In this document: piece by piece, positions 37,131-46,495 of the stretch
Position numbering within the stretch: the first letter of the stretch is position 1
How the letters are laid out: the number at the start of each line of letters is the position of its first letter
Notes under the pieces: generated by a model
What the model saw: the letters and a program-made list of their open reading frames with translations, nothing else
Database searches by the model: none
Told to the model about the DNA's origin: nothing
Assembly: GCA_963837465.1 (NCBI GenBank)
Contig: CAWINB010000001.1
Location: forward strand, 501,646-565,645
Length of the DNA stretch: 64,000 nucleotides
Origin: Candidatus Doudnabacteria bacterium
GTDB taxonomy: Bacteria > Patescibacteriota > Doudnabacteria > UBA920
Direction: 5' to 3'
Program-made: the position numbers and the translations under genes

Positions 37131-39398
37131 TTATAATTTTTTTATATCGTTCAGCGCTTGCTCAATATTTCCATTATGCACTAAGAAAAAGTGTAATTTG
37201 TTTTTGCCCAACGACTGCCATGTTTCGGCCAGCGCAACTTTGTAAGCTGTGTCCTCGTTGCTAATCCGATCCTCGCCTTTCCATTCCAGTGCCAGAATAT
37301 TACCCTTTTTAGTTAAAGCTACAAAGTCCGGATAAAACTTATTTTTCTGCCAACCGTGCAAGAAAAACGGGTCCTTCTTTTCCCGGTTCCTAACCCAAAA
37401 TTCAATATTGGGCAGCGTATCCAAATCCAGCCTCTCTATGAAATTCAGCTCTTCCTTGTTTAATTTATCAATTTTGCGGTAATAATTTTTATTGAACTCC
37501 TGCGGTATTTCCTGCTCTATCGTGATGGTTTCCGGAAACGGCTCAAATGGCTGGGCTGTAATCTTTTTCTTGGCCAGCAAGGAGTCAAAACTCTTTTTGG
37601 CATAGGCGGCCAGAATGCCATCTATAACTGAAGCCAGCTTATCACAAAAGACATAGCGATTGACGGATAGCTCGGCCAGCGAGCGATGTTTAAGCTGATA
37701 GGTCAAAGCCTTTTCAATAAATTTGACCTTGTCGGATTGCTCAAGTAGGGTAAAGCGCAATTTTTTATCAAGCCATAGCATCAATTCCTGCTGCGAGGAT
37801 TTTCTAACGCTGTAAGGCAAGTTTAAAATCTGCTGCCGCCCTTTGATCCAGTGATCGCCCTGAATATCAATAACTGCGCGGCCGTCGCTGTCATAGTGAA
37901 TTTCAAAATCAAATTCGGCATTTTGTTTTGCCAACTCAAAATTATCACCGATCAACTCTTCAAAGGTAAGCGGCTCGTCGCCTAATGCCATCATAGGAAC
38001 GGCGAAATCTTTTTTGACAGCGCGTTCAATTACCCGGGGATCCTTTTGGTCTTTATCGGAAGCGTTAAGTATGTCAGCTTTGCTGTAACCGTTGTTTTCT
38101 AGGCCACCGATGATTTGGGAGGCCGCTTCATTAAAGTTACGAGCCGAGGCAAACACATAGCAGCGGTTTAACTCTTCCTGCTGTTTGCTCTTGGCATAAG
38201 GCATACGGATGATGCGGCCGATAATCTGTTCTACGGCTATCTTTGCGCCAATGTTGGCCAGAGAGATAAGCACATAGGCATAGGAGCAGTCCCAACCTTC
38301 AGCCAGAGCATTAACGGTAATAATGTAACGGATGGGGCATTTTTTGCTGAATAAATCTACTCCCTCTAACCCGTTCTTTTCCGATACTTTTATAGCTATT
38401 TCCTCTTCAGCTATTTTAAGTTTAAGCAAAAAATCCTTGACCTGCTCAACGGTTACATTGTTTTGGGTTTTGCTATTGGGCTGGGCTTGAATTAAAGCGA
38501 TGGGCCGAATGTATTCACCCTTGTTTTTCTTGGCAGTTTTTTCTAACTCTTCCCTCTGATGTAGGCCGCGCTGGAGAGCCTGCTCCCACTGGTTGGCACT
38601 TTCTAGCACAATGGGAATTTTAACCATCTGTTCTTCTTTTAGCTCTCCGGCGCCAATATTCACTAAAATATTGCTGCCGGAACGAGGGGTGGCAGTATAC
38701 TCAATAATAAAGTCTGGGTTTAATTCCTTTAAAAAATCAACTGATAGCTGAGTTTGGGTACGATGGCCTTCATCGATAACAACCAGCGGGTTATTAAGCC
38801 GGATGACATTTGCGAGAGAATAGACTACTGTGCCTTCCTCGTCTTTTTCAAGCCCCGAGTCGTCGCTGATATGCTGGAAATGATCTAGTAAATTGCCGTT
38901 CTCCTGATAAACTTTATATTTATTCTGTAAAGTTTTTTCTTTGCGGAAAGCCTCCAAGCTGGAAACAATTATGCAAAGGTTATCTTCTACATCTTCCTTG
39001 CGGATTCGCAACGCCTCTTCATTGGAAAATATCCGGATACCATTTTCAAAGGTTTCATCTAAAATTTGTCGGTGTGGATCATGCCGGTCTTTAAACTTTT
39101 TTAGGGTTTGGGTCTTAATGGCTTCCGACGGCACGAACCACATAACAATACCGCGCTCCATTTTGCTCTTTAACACGGAACTCATAATCTCGCCAAGTGC
39201 ATTACAGCCGACAAGGGTCTTGCCGCCGCCCGTGGGGATCTTTATGCAGACGTAAGGAACTTCGCCAAAAAATTCAGAGTTGTATGACTGCTCGGCGATT
39301 TCAATAAAGGCACGCTTGGCGCTACCTACCTCTTGCAGAGTTTTTAGATAAGCCCCAAGTTTGTCGAGCGCAATTTGTTGATATTTTTTAAGTTCCAT
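37131..39398 (-). CDS. res: Type III restriction enzyme Res subunit
   Basis: PTGGGKT, IDEGH, TATP, EGWD, QIIGR, FYPDF..EWKG. Confidence 0.88.
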   Translation of the reverse strand: MELKKYQQIALDKLGAYLKTLQEVGSAKRAFIEIAEQSYNSEFFGEVPYVCIKIPTGGGKTLVGCNALGEIMSSVLKSKMERGIVMWFVPSEAIKTQTLKKFKDRHDPHRQILDETFENGIRIFSNEEALRIRKEDVEDNLCIIVSSLEAFRKEKTLQNKYKVYQENGNLLDHFQHISDDSGLEKDEEGTVVYSLANVIRLNNPLVVIDEGHRTQTQLSVDFLKELNPDFIIEYTATPRSGSNILVNIGAGELKEEQMVKIPIVLESANQWEQALQRGLHQREELEKTAKKNKGEYIRPIALIQAQPNSKTQNNVTVEQVKDFLLKLKIAEEEIAIKVSEKNGLEGVDLFSKKCPIRYIITVNALAEGWDCSYAYVLISLANIGAKIAVEQIIGRIIRMPYAKSKQQEELNRCYVFASARNFNEAASQIIGGLENNGYSKADILNASDKDQKDPRVIERAVKKDFAVPMMALGDEPLTFEELIGDNFELAKQNAEFDFEIHYDSDGRAVIDIQGDHWIKGRQQILNLPYSVRKSSQQELMLWLDKKLRFTLLEQSDKVKFIEKALTYQLKHRSLAELSVNRYVFCDKLASVIDGILAAYAKKSFDSLLAKKKITAQPFEPFPETITIEQEIPQEFNKNYYRKIDKLNKEELNFIERLDLDTLPNIEFWVRNREKKDPFFLHGWQKNKFYPDFVALTKKGNILALEWKGEDRISNEDTAYKVALAETWQSLGKNKLHFFLVHNGNIEQALNDIKKL

Positions 39399-39399
39399 A

Positions 39400-40951
39400 T
39401 TAGTAAACCCTTACCTCGTAAGGGATTTGTTTAAAGGTTAAATTATATTGGTCTAAAATTGTGTCATTGATCAGGCACTTGTCGGCGTAGACGACTTTTT
39501 GAAAGCCATCCTTTTTAAGTTTATTTAAAAACGACTTGCCTAAAATATTATTGCCCTTTTCCTTGTATAACAGGTAATATTCCGTTTCGTTAAACTGCCC
39601 AACAAAATTTCCACTAATCTCTTTTGGATTTATGTTAGTCTTGGTCTCGGTAAAATAAATATACGTGGCCAACTGGTTAAATTCGCATTCTTCATCAATC
39701 TGCCCCTGCTCGTTAAACAGCGGTTTACCAAGTTCGCAATATTCAAAGCCCTCTTTGTAGCCGTATTTTATGATAGCGCGTTTTACCCGTTCGGCCGTGA
39801 TATCTTTAGCAACCGCATCTTCCATTTCCACCATAATAAATTTACGATTGCCGCCATCTTCCTTATTTAAATCTAAAACCGCGTGGCCGGTGGTGCCGGA
39901 TCCAGCAAAGGAATCTAATATTAAGTCAGCATCTTTAGTTGCCAATTGTAGCATCCTTTTAATTAAACTCACTGGTTTTGGATAATCAAATGGCTGGTTC
40001 TCACCAAATATACTTTTTAGATCTTTTTTTGCTGAATCATTCGAACCAACCTCGCCGTGCTTCCATAAAGTTTTTGGCTTTAAGCCTTGTTGAACCTCCG
40101 TTAAGAATCTTTTCAAATTTGGAGTTGAGTCGCCGCTTTTTCCAAACCAAACCCTGTTTTCTTTTATTAAAATTAGCATATCTTCCTGTGCGTAAATCCA
40201 GTGCTTGTTAGGCGGCAAATTCCATACTCGTCCAGTTACAGAAGACTTGATTGGATAGCGGCCATTTTTTCGTTCCTCTTTTGCATACAAAGGAATTGCT
40301 TTCCAAGGCCCTCTAGGATCTTTGTCGGGATTAGAATACCGGGCGTCGGCCTCTTCCGACCTGGGCAATAAACCTAGTGGCTTAGTTTCTATTGATTTGG
40401 CATAAACAAAAATATACTCATGGCAATCGGAAATCATTTTTGAGTCATTTTTTGTTGTGTACATTTTTTCCCAAACTACCTGGGCAATAAAATTTTCCGC
40501 CCCGAAAATCTCATCCAACAATAACTTTAAATTGGCACCTTCCTTATCATCAATTGAAATAAAAATCACCCCCTCATCTGCCAATAAATCTCTTAACAAT
40601 TTCAGTCGGGGATACATCATACACAGCCATTTATCATGGCGATTTAAATCCTGCGACTCCGCGCCCACTACTTTGCCCAGCCATTTTTTTATTTTTGGCG
40701 AGTTAACTTTATCGTTATAAACCCAGCCTTCGTTGCCGGTATTATAGGGCGGATCAATGTAGATGCATTTTACTTTGCCACCATAAAAAGGCATCAGAGC
40801 CTTTAGGGCTTCCAAATTATCGCCGTGGACTATAAGGTTCTGGGAACTGTCGCCAACAGAATGCGCTTTTAACTTTTTTGAGGAGTCGGAAAGGAACCTC
40901 TTTGTCGTGATTAACTACAGCTTCCTTACCGATCCAATTTAATGTAGGCAT
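39400..40951 (-). pseudogene. mod: Type III DNA methyltransferase Mod with single-base frameshift near the 5' end
   Basis: MPTLNWIGKEAVVNH start at 40951 is out of frame with NLIVHGDNLEALK, DPPY, DSFAGSGTT; span is 1552 nt (3n+1). Confidence 0.85.
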
Positions 40952-40981
40952 AGGGAAATATGAGATTAAAGACTGCTGGAT

Positions 40982-41467
40982 TTACTTATGGTTGCTTTCA
41001 AACTCTTTGAGCAACTCCAAATAGTGTTTTTGAATAGGAAATGAAACCCACTTTTCAGTTAAAGGACTGATGTTTCCGGCATTTTCAACTATGGTATGGC
41101 ATGGCTGAAAATAAAAGCCCTCAAGCGAGGCCACAAACAGCCAAGGCGAGTGCCAGCGGCGGATTAAATCTTCGGCGATCTGTTTTATTTCATTGTTGTC
41201 CGGCCGGGCGCGATACTTGGTTTCTACCAGAAAAATTTTACCTTCAGTTGGAGCCACAAGAATAAAGTCAGGCGTGTGCCGGATGTCGGCCATGACTTCC
41301 TTATGCTCTTTGAGCAGATGTTGGTATTGAGCTAACTCCGGTGTTGAATATTCGTAACCAAATCGGAGGATAGTGTATTCTCCCATTTCTCGGAACATTT
41401 GTTCAAAAATAATTTCAGCGATTTTACCTTTTATCAACTCCCGGGAAAAGTCAGTGTGTGTGGACAT
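40982..41467 (-). CDS. PD-(D/E)xK nuclease-like protein
   Basis: KGKIAE..TPDF..VETKYR. Confidence 0.6.
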   Translation of the reverse strand: MSTHTDFSRELIKGKIAEIIFEQMFREMGEYTILRFGYEYSTPELAQYQHLLKEHKEVMADIRHTPDFILVAPTEGKIFLVETKYRARPDNNEIKQIAEDLIRRWHSPWLFVASLEGFYFQPCHTIVENAGNISPLTEKWVSFPIQKHYLELLKEFESNHK

Positions 41468-41567
41468 AAAAAAGAATATCGTTACTTCTTGCCCATATTG
41501 TAGCATTTTTAAGGCCATTATGCACTTTATAGTTAAGCCATAAAGTGGTATAATCCAAATAACAATT

Positions 41568-41738
41568 TAGCCTAAACCACGGGCAACCGCGGCATGGCAT
41601 TAACCAAGACTCATCCTAGGTACTGAACCCCGCGTTCAGCGCTCTAGGATGAGCCATACCCGAAAGGGTGTGGGCCGTAAGGCCAGCTGGCGCGGGGCTT
41701 TGTGATTATATACACAATATTCCTACGTCGGCAGAAAG
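41568..41738 (+). ncRNA. Unassigned structured cis-regulatory RNA leader, copy B
   Basis: Same fold as 9584 and 60507 with different stem sequences; extended -10 TGGTATAAT just upstream. Confidence 0.8.
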
Positions 41739-41751
41739 AAAAAGCTAAACT

Positions 41752-42213
41752 ATGGAGTATCAAAAAGTTTGGGAAAAAGTATTAAACCCAGACGAAAAAG
41801 TGGAGTATGAGTTTTCTTTCAGCAATAAATACCGGAAAATGGTGCTAATTGTTTGGTCTATTGTTAGCCTCCTATTTTTATTATTTCACGTGATTTTGCT
41901 TGCCATTTTTATATTTTTAATTGTTTTATTCTGGTGGTATAGAGTGAAAATAGCCAACGCCTATGCTTTCACTGACAGAAGGGTAGTGGTTCACAAGGGA
42001 TGGCTGTCTACCAAAACCACGACTATTGACTACGACAAAATAGTGGAGGTTTCTGTTAAAGAGCCTTTCACTGAACGTAAGTTTTATGGCAGCGGTGACC
42101 TCTATATAAAAACCGCGGGCAATATAATACATGACTTAACTCTTGCCCATATAAACGCTCCTTACGAAGTAAAAAAGAGATTAGATCAATTAAGAAACAA
42201 CTATTTAAAATAA
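41752..42213 (+). CDS. Membrane protein with bacterial PH domain (bPH_2-like)
   Basis: Two TM segments, then YAFTDRRVV..GWLS..DYDKI..GSGDLYI.TAG. Confidence 0.8.
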   Translation: MEYQKVWEKVLNPDEKVEYEFSFSNKYRKMVLIVWSIVSLLFLLFHVILLAIFIFLIVLFWWYRVKIANAYAFTDRRVVVHKGWLSTKTTTIDYDKIVEVSVKEPFTERKFYGSGDLYIKTAGNIIHDLTLAHINAPYEVKKRLDQLRNNYLK

Positions 42214-42254
42214 GATGGGATTGGTAATTTCCGTCCCCAGAAAGGAAAATTTTT

Positions 42255-43013
42255 ATGAACGGTTTGTTTGTGCTTTTATTTCTACTCTCAATCGCAGGAT
42301 TGATAGCAGGACTGATTAAGCCCGCGTGGTTTAATAAATTATTTGCAGGGAAAGCTAATAGGAAAAATACCGCTTTGGCCTTTGGTATTGCCATGGTCGT
42401 ATTTTTGATATTGATCAGCGTTACAAGTCCAAAAAGTAATATAGCCAGCCAACAAGCGAATGTGCAACCCCAGCAGCAGGCCGCCACGATAAGTCAAAAT
42501 GCGGTTATTCCTTCTACCACAAACACAAGCAGCCCTGCAACTGCCAAAGCGATAGCCCCGGCAGCCTCACCAAAGACAATCAAAGCTGCTCCAATTATTC
42601 CTGCCAACCCTCAACCAAAACAGCCAGCGGCTACTACACCTGCGCCTGTTGCAACCCCGCAGCCAACTCCAACTCCAACTCCACAAACAGACAATCAAAA
42701 TACTTCACCAGTATCAAATGAAACAGTTAGTCAAACAAATGCTGTTGCAAAAGCAAAAGATTATTTAAATTACTCAGCATTTTCTCATGATGGACTGGTT
42801 GCTCAATTGGAGTACGACCAATTTTCACAGGCCGATGCGGTTTATGGGGCAGATAATTCCGGTGCTGACTGGGATGCGGAGGCGGCTGCAAAGGCCAAAG
42901 ACTACATGAGCTATTCAGCTTTTTCACGCGGCAGTTTAATTGCACAGTTGGAATATGATAAGTTCACACAAGAACAAGCAGAGTACGGAGCTAACTCGGT
43001 TGGACTACAATAG
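42255..43013 (+). CDS. Ltp-family surface protein (superinfection-exclusion-like)
   Basis: TM helices, P/T/A-rich stalk, two repeats AKAKDYL..SAFS..GL..QLEYD.F....A.YGA. Confidence 0.85.
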   Translation: MNGLFVLLFLLSIAGLIAGLIKPAWFNKLFAGKANRKNTALAFGIAMVVFLILISVTSPKSNIASQQANVQPQQQAATISQNAVIPSTTNTSSPATAKAIAPAASPKTIKAAPIIPANPQPKQPAATTPAPVATPQPTPTPTPQTDNQNTSPVSNETVSQTNAVAKAKDYLNYSAFSHDGLVAQLEYDQFSQADAVYGADNSGADWDAEAAAKAKDYMSYSAFSRGSLIAQLEYDKFTQEQAEYGANSVGLQ

Positions 43014-43032
43014 GATAAATAAAATCGCTAGC

Positions 43033-43797
43033 ATGAACTCATTTAAAGACATCGCATACGAAATCCTGCGTGAATCAAACAAACCTTTGCATAGCAAAGA
43101 CATAACTGACATCGCCCTTAAACGCGGCTGGTTAAAAACGGCCGGCAAGACGCCGGAAGCGACCATGAACGCCACCATCCTTGTCGATGTTAATTCCAAA
43201 AAGGAAAAATCCCGATTTATTAAAACCGGCCCTTCCACTTATGCCTTAAATCTTCAGTTTGTGGAAACCCCTGCCACGGTAGCGGCCGAAGTCAAAGAAC
43301 AAAAAATATTCAAGATTGCCGAAGGCATATCCGAACGGCAAAAAGGCGACATCACCGAAGCCCGGGTAGCGGAATTGATAACGCTATATGGGGAGAGGTG
43401 CCTAGCCTGCTACCGGCCAATCTCGGACGATGAGGGCATCGATATTATCGTCAAAGAAAAAGGTGTGCCCAAGATTATGTACCTACAAGTTAAAAGCCGG
43501 TTTGGGGACGACTCCGGAGAAGCGTTCACAGCTACGGTAAAAACCCATAACGTAGTGGATAGTTTTTCCATGGGCATAATCTTCTGCTTTTTTGATACCG
43601 AGCGCGGCGATCTTTGGGACTATCTGTGGTTCGTGCCTGCTCCGGATTTTCTTAAAAAAGCCAACCGTTTGAGCGAGGGCAACCTGCTGGGCTTTGTGGC
43701 GGGCCGAAAGAAAAAGGAGTCCAACAAGTGGGACGAATATTTGATCGACAAGCGCGAACTGGCTAATACGATTATCCAGCAAATGAAGCGAATATAG
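43033..43797 (+). CDS. HARE-HTH + PD-(D/E)xK restriction-like nuclease
   Basis: AYEILRESNKPLH..GKTPEATM; DDEGIDII..YLQVKSR. Confidence 0.78.
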   Translation: MNSFKDIAYEILRESNKPLHSKDITDIALKRGWLKTAGKTPEATMNATILVDVNSKKEKSRFIKTGPSTYALNLQFVETPATVAAEVKEQKIFKIAEGISERQKGDITEARVAELITLYGERCLACYRPISDDEGIDIIVKEKGVPKIMYLQVKSRFGDDSGEAFTATVKTHNVVDSFSMGIIFCFFDTERGDLWDYLWFVPAPDFLKKANRLSEGNLLGFVAGRKKKESNKWDEYLIDKRELANTIIQQMKRI

Positions 43798-43896
43798 GCC
43801 AGCCACGGTCGCCACAAGTATTGTTATTCCGACTAACTTAATCAGCGCAGACGACCTGTGGGTTTGAATTAAAAATTATTCGGGCAATTAAGATGA

Positions 43897-44721
43897 GTGA
43901 AACAAACCGGTGAAACATTGAGAAATTACCCAAAAGATTCCCCCAAACAGTTTTCAGAACTCAATATACCCCTGATTTGGCGGGCGTCTCGGAGACAATT
44001 CCCCAAAATTTCCCCAAGGGTCTAAAATCAGCATATCAACGACAACAAAAAAGAACTATACTGCCATACCATAAAATTATTCAGGCAATTAAAGCCAGTG
44101 AAGCCATTGCCAGATTACCCAAAGGATTACCCAACAGAGTTTTATGATCACATATACCGCTGATTTGGCGGGTCAACGGGACACAATTACCCAAAATTTA
44201 CCCAAAGGTTTATTTCGGCTCAGAATGACCAAAAAGATGACCAACATATAAATAAAGAAGGTTATGGGCCTATTAACAAGCCTATTTTAGGGTAAGTGAA
44301 CAAAACGTGAACACCTCGTTTTATTGCAAAGCATACGGGTTATTTTTACATGACTAAATGCCCAAAAATGTGCCCATTGATAAGAAAAACATGAAATAAA
44401 GCCTTTTAACAAGGGTGTTTTGGGCAGGTGTGCCCAAAAAATGCCCAGCCCGCAAAATGCGAGCCTCTAAAATTGCACAAAAAAATGCACAGTGGCTGTG
44501 TAAGACATAAAAATAACCTTTTAACGAGGGTATTTTAAGTGGTACTGCACAAAAATTGCACACCTTTAAAAAATTACTATCTCCTCATTAAGAGGGTTAA
44601 TAATTTTCTCGAACCTGCTGACCCGTGGCCCTTTATGAAAAAAATACACACCGCCACTGTAAAGAGGCATAACAGCGCAATTATAAGGGGTATTTTAAGA
44701 CGATTACACAAAAATTACACA
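43897..44721 (+). repeat. Array of ~89-bp units, each with four hexamer copies at offsets ~0/12/72/83
   Basis: Units start at 43927, 44116, 44226, 44359, 44474 and 44633; see findings. Confidence 0.8.
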
Positions 44722-44766
44722 GGTTAAAAATGGTTAAATTAAGAAGTAGGAGTTATAATTCCTCGT

Positions 44767-45663
44767 ATGAACACGGGGAACAAAAAAATATCAAAATTAC
44801 CAAGAATTCCGAAATACCAAAATCGAATATGGCATTTGAACGGTAAGTTAATGCTAATTTTGGTAGCGGTACCAGAATTTCAAAGGGAGATAAAAGCCCT
44901 ACGCAATAACGCAGATTTTAATATTCTCAGCCTTAACAAAGGCATACTTATAACCCATCCATTCCCAAATAGTGACCTATCAAGGAAAAGGGTTGAGGGG
45001 AAGATGTTAGATCGCTTTGAAGTTATATTCAACTGGTACAAGTCCAGGGGATATTTTGCCAGCAGTGATATGAGCAATCCTATAATGGCTAAGCTCGGCG
45101 AAGATCCATTTTTTACTGAGCTAAAAAGAATCGGTAAAAAATTCCACCTACCATACGAATTTTACTGCGATGCTTTTTCAGGAATTTCTGCCTATGTTTT
45201 AACTGGCCGGGCGGCGGCCCCAAGTAAGTATCCTGAAATCAGGGAAAACATGTCAGATGAAGAAAGACACCTACGCCGGTTATTGTACGAAAATAGCAAA
45301 GCGCGGATAAAGGAGTTTGAAACTAAATACCCCTTATTGCTAAAAATATTAGAGAGAACAGGTAAGCCAATACTTCGAAAAGGTAAAGATCCCTACGAAG
45401 GGTACATCAAGGAGCACTGGCAAAATTATGATAAATTAGGAAAATGGAAAAAACGTGAAATCAAATACGGACTTAAAAACTCCTCTGAACTCAAATTGTC
45501 AAGGGGTATAAAAAAATGGTCACAACCTACCACTCGCAAGATTGTCAAGAGGAGTGGTTATTCCGTAGAAAACCTCAAAACGTTTAAAAAAGACGTCAAT
45601 AAATTAACGATAAGTATATTCGGTTTTCCTATCGACGAACAAACAGTTTCTGGTAAAAAATAA
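44767..45663 (+). CDS. Hypothetical basic protein
   Basis: 298-aa ORF; AGGAG upstream. Confidence 0.6.
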   Translation: MNTGNKKISKLPRIPKYQNRIWHLNGKLMLILVAVPEFQREIKALRNNADFNILSLNKGILITHPFPNSDLSRKRVEGKMLDRFEVIFNWYKSRGYFASSDMSNPIMAKLGEDPFFTELKRIGKKFHLPYEFYCDAFSGISAYVLTGRAAAPSKYPEIRENMSDEERHLRRLLYENSKARIKEFETKYPLLLKILERTGKPILRKGKDPYEGYIKEHWQNYDKLGKWKKREIKYGLKNSSELKLSRGIKKWSQPTTRKIVKRSGYSVENLKTFKKDVNKLTISIFGFPIDEQTVSGKK

Positions 45664-45812
45664 AAATCGGCCTTTATACTCACGACTGAAAAAACCTGAT
45701 GCTATATTAGCGTTAGGTTTTTAATTATGGCGAAAGTCTACGGGTCAAAATCTGCTCTCGCATGGGCGGCGCCATCCCCGTGGACAACGCCCAGTCGACA
45801 GCAGATTTTTTT

Positions 45813-45968
45813 ATGCAATTATCAGAACAGGCGTTAAAAGAATTTGAGGAAATCTGGCAACATGATCACCCGGGGAAAATACTATCCCGGGAAGAGCTTT
45901 TTAAAATTGCAAATAAAGTTATTCATATTGTTGAAATTTTATATGTTGATGCTGGGGATTTGGAGTAA
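45813..45968 (+). CDS. Small protein upstream of serine recombinase B
   Basis: MQLSEQALKEFEEIW..ILSREE..VEILY; resembles small proteins seen beside CPR recombinases (recollection, not searched). Confidence 0.55.
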   Translation: MQLSEQALKEFEEIWQHDHPGKILSREELFKIANKVIHIVEILYVDAGDLE

Positions 45969-46244
45969 AGTAATTTAAATTCTAAATCCGCGGTATTAAC
46001 CGCATACAATTTACGACAAGAGGTCGTCGGCGAGTCCTCTATAAAAAACCGGCCGAAACCTTTCTGGTGCGTAGATTCAAATCCCCGACCCGAGTGCCGA
46101 CTTCTCGACGGGGTCCTTCATCTGCGCGGCAGGAAGTAACACGATAAACTTTGCCAGACAACAATTCAGAATTGAAGACTCTGACTGGCTGAAAGGTTAT
46201 CAATAACGTAAATATTTAATAACTAATAATTAAATCCTGATTAT

Positions 46245-46460
46245 ATGAAGGTAAAAAAAGTCGCCTACTCCGATTTGTTAACAAATAAACAAATTAACAG
46301 CTCTACTTTAGTAAGAATCCCTATAGAGCTTCATCAAAAATTAAAAATAGAGGCTGCATGCATGGGCAAAACAATCAAGGGTATTGTAACTCAAGTCATT
46401 GAAGCACATTTCAAACAAAACAGCGAAATAACTAAAAACTTGACTTATAAAAGGTATTAA
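46245..46460 (+). CDS. Ribbon-helix-helix DNA-binding protein
   Basis: TLVRIPIELHQKLKIEAA..GKTIKGIV. Confidence 0.7.
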   Translation: MKVKKVAYSDLLTNKQINSSTLVRIPIELHQKLKIEAACMGKTIKGIVTQVIEAHFKQNSEITKNLTYKRY

Positions 46461-46495
46461 GGTATTTATATGTTAACAGCATTAACCAATTCTTT

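Noticed and set aside
43897-44721. CRISPR array or coding tetrapeptide repeat
   Set aside because: Units are not identical repeats, spacing includes 11 bp (not a multiple of 3), and there is no long ORF
45980-46200. Further structured RNA upstream of the RHH gene and recombinase B
   Set aside because: Some stems are possible, but it is single-copy with no covariation evidence
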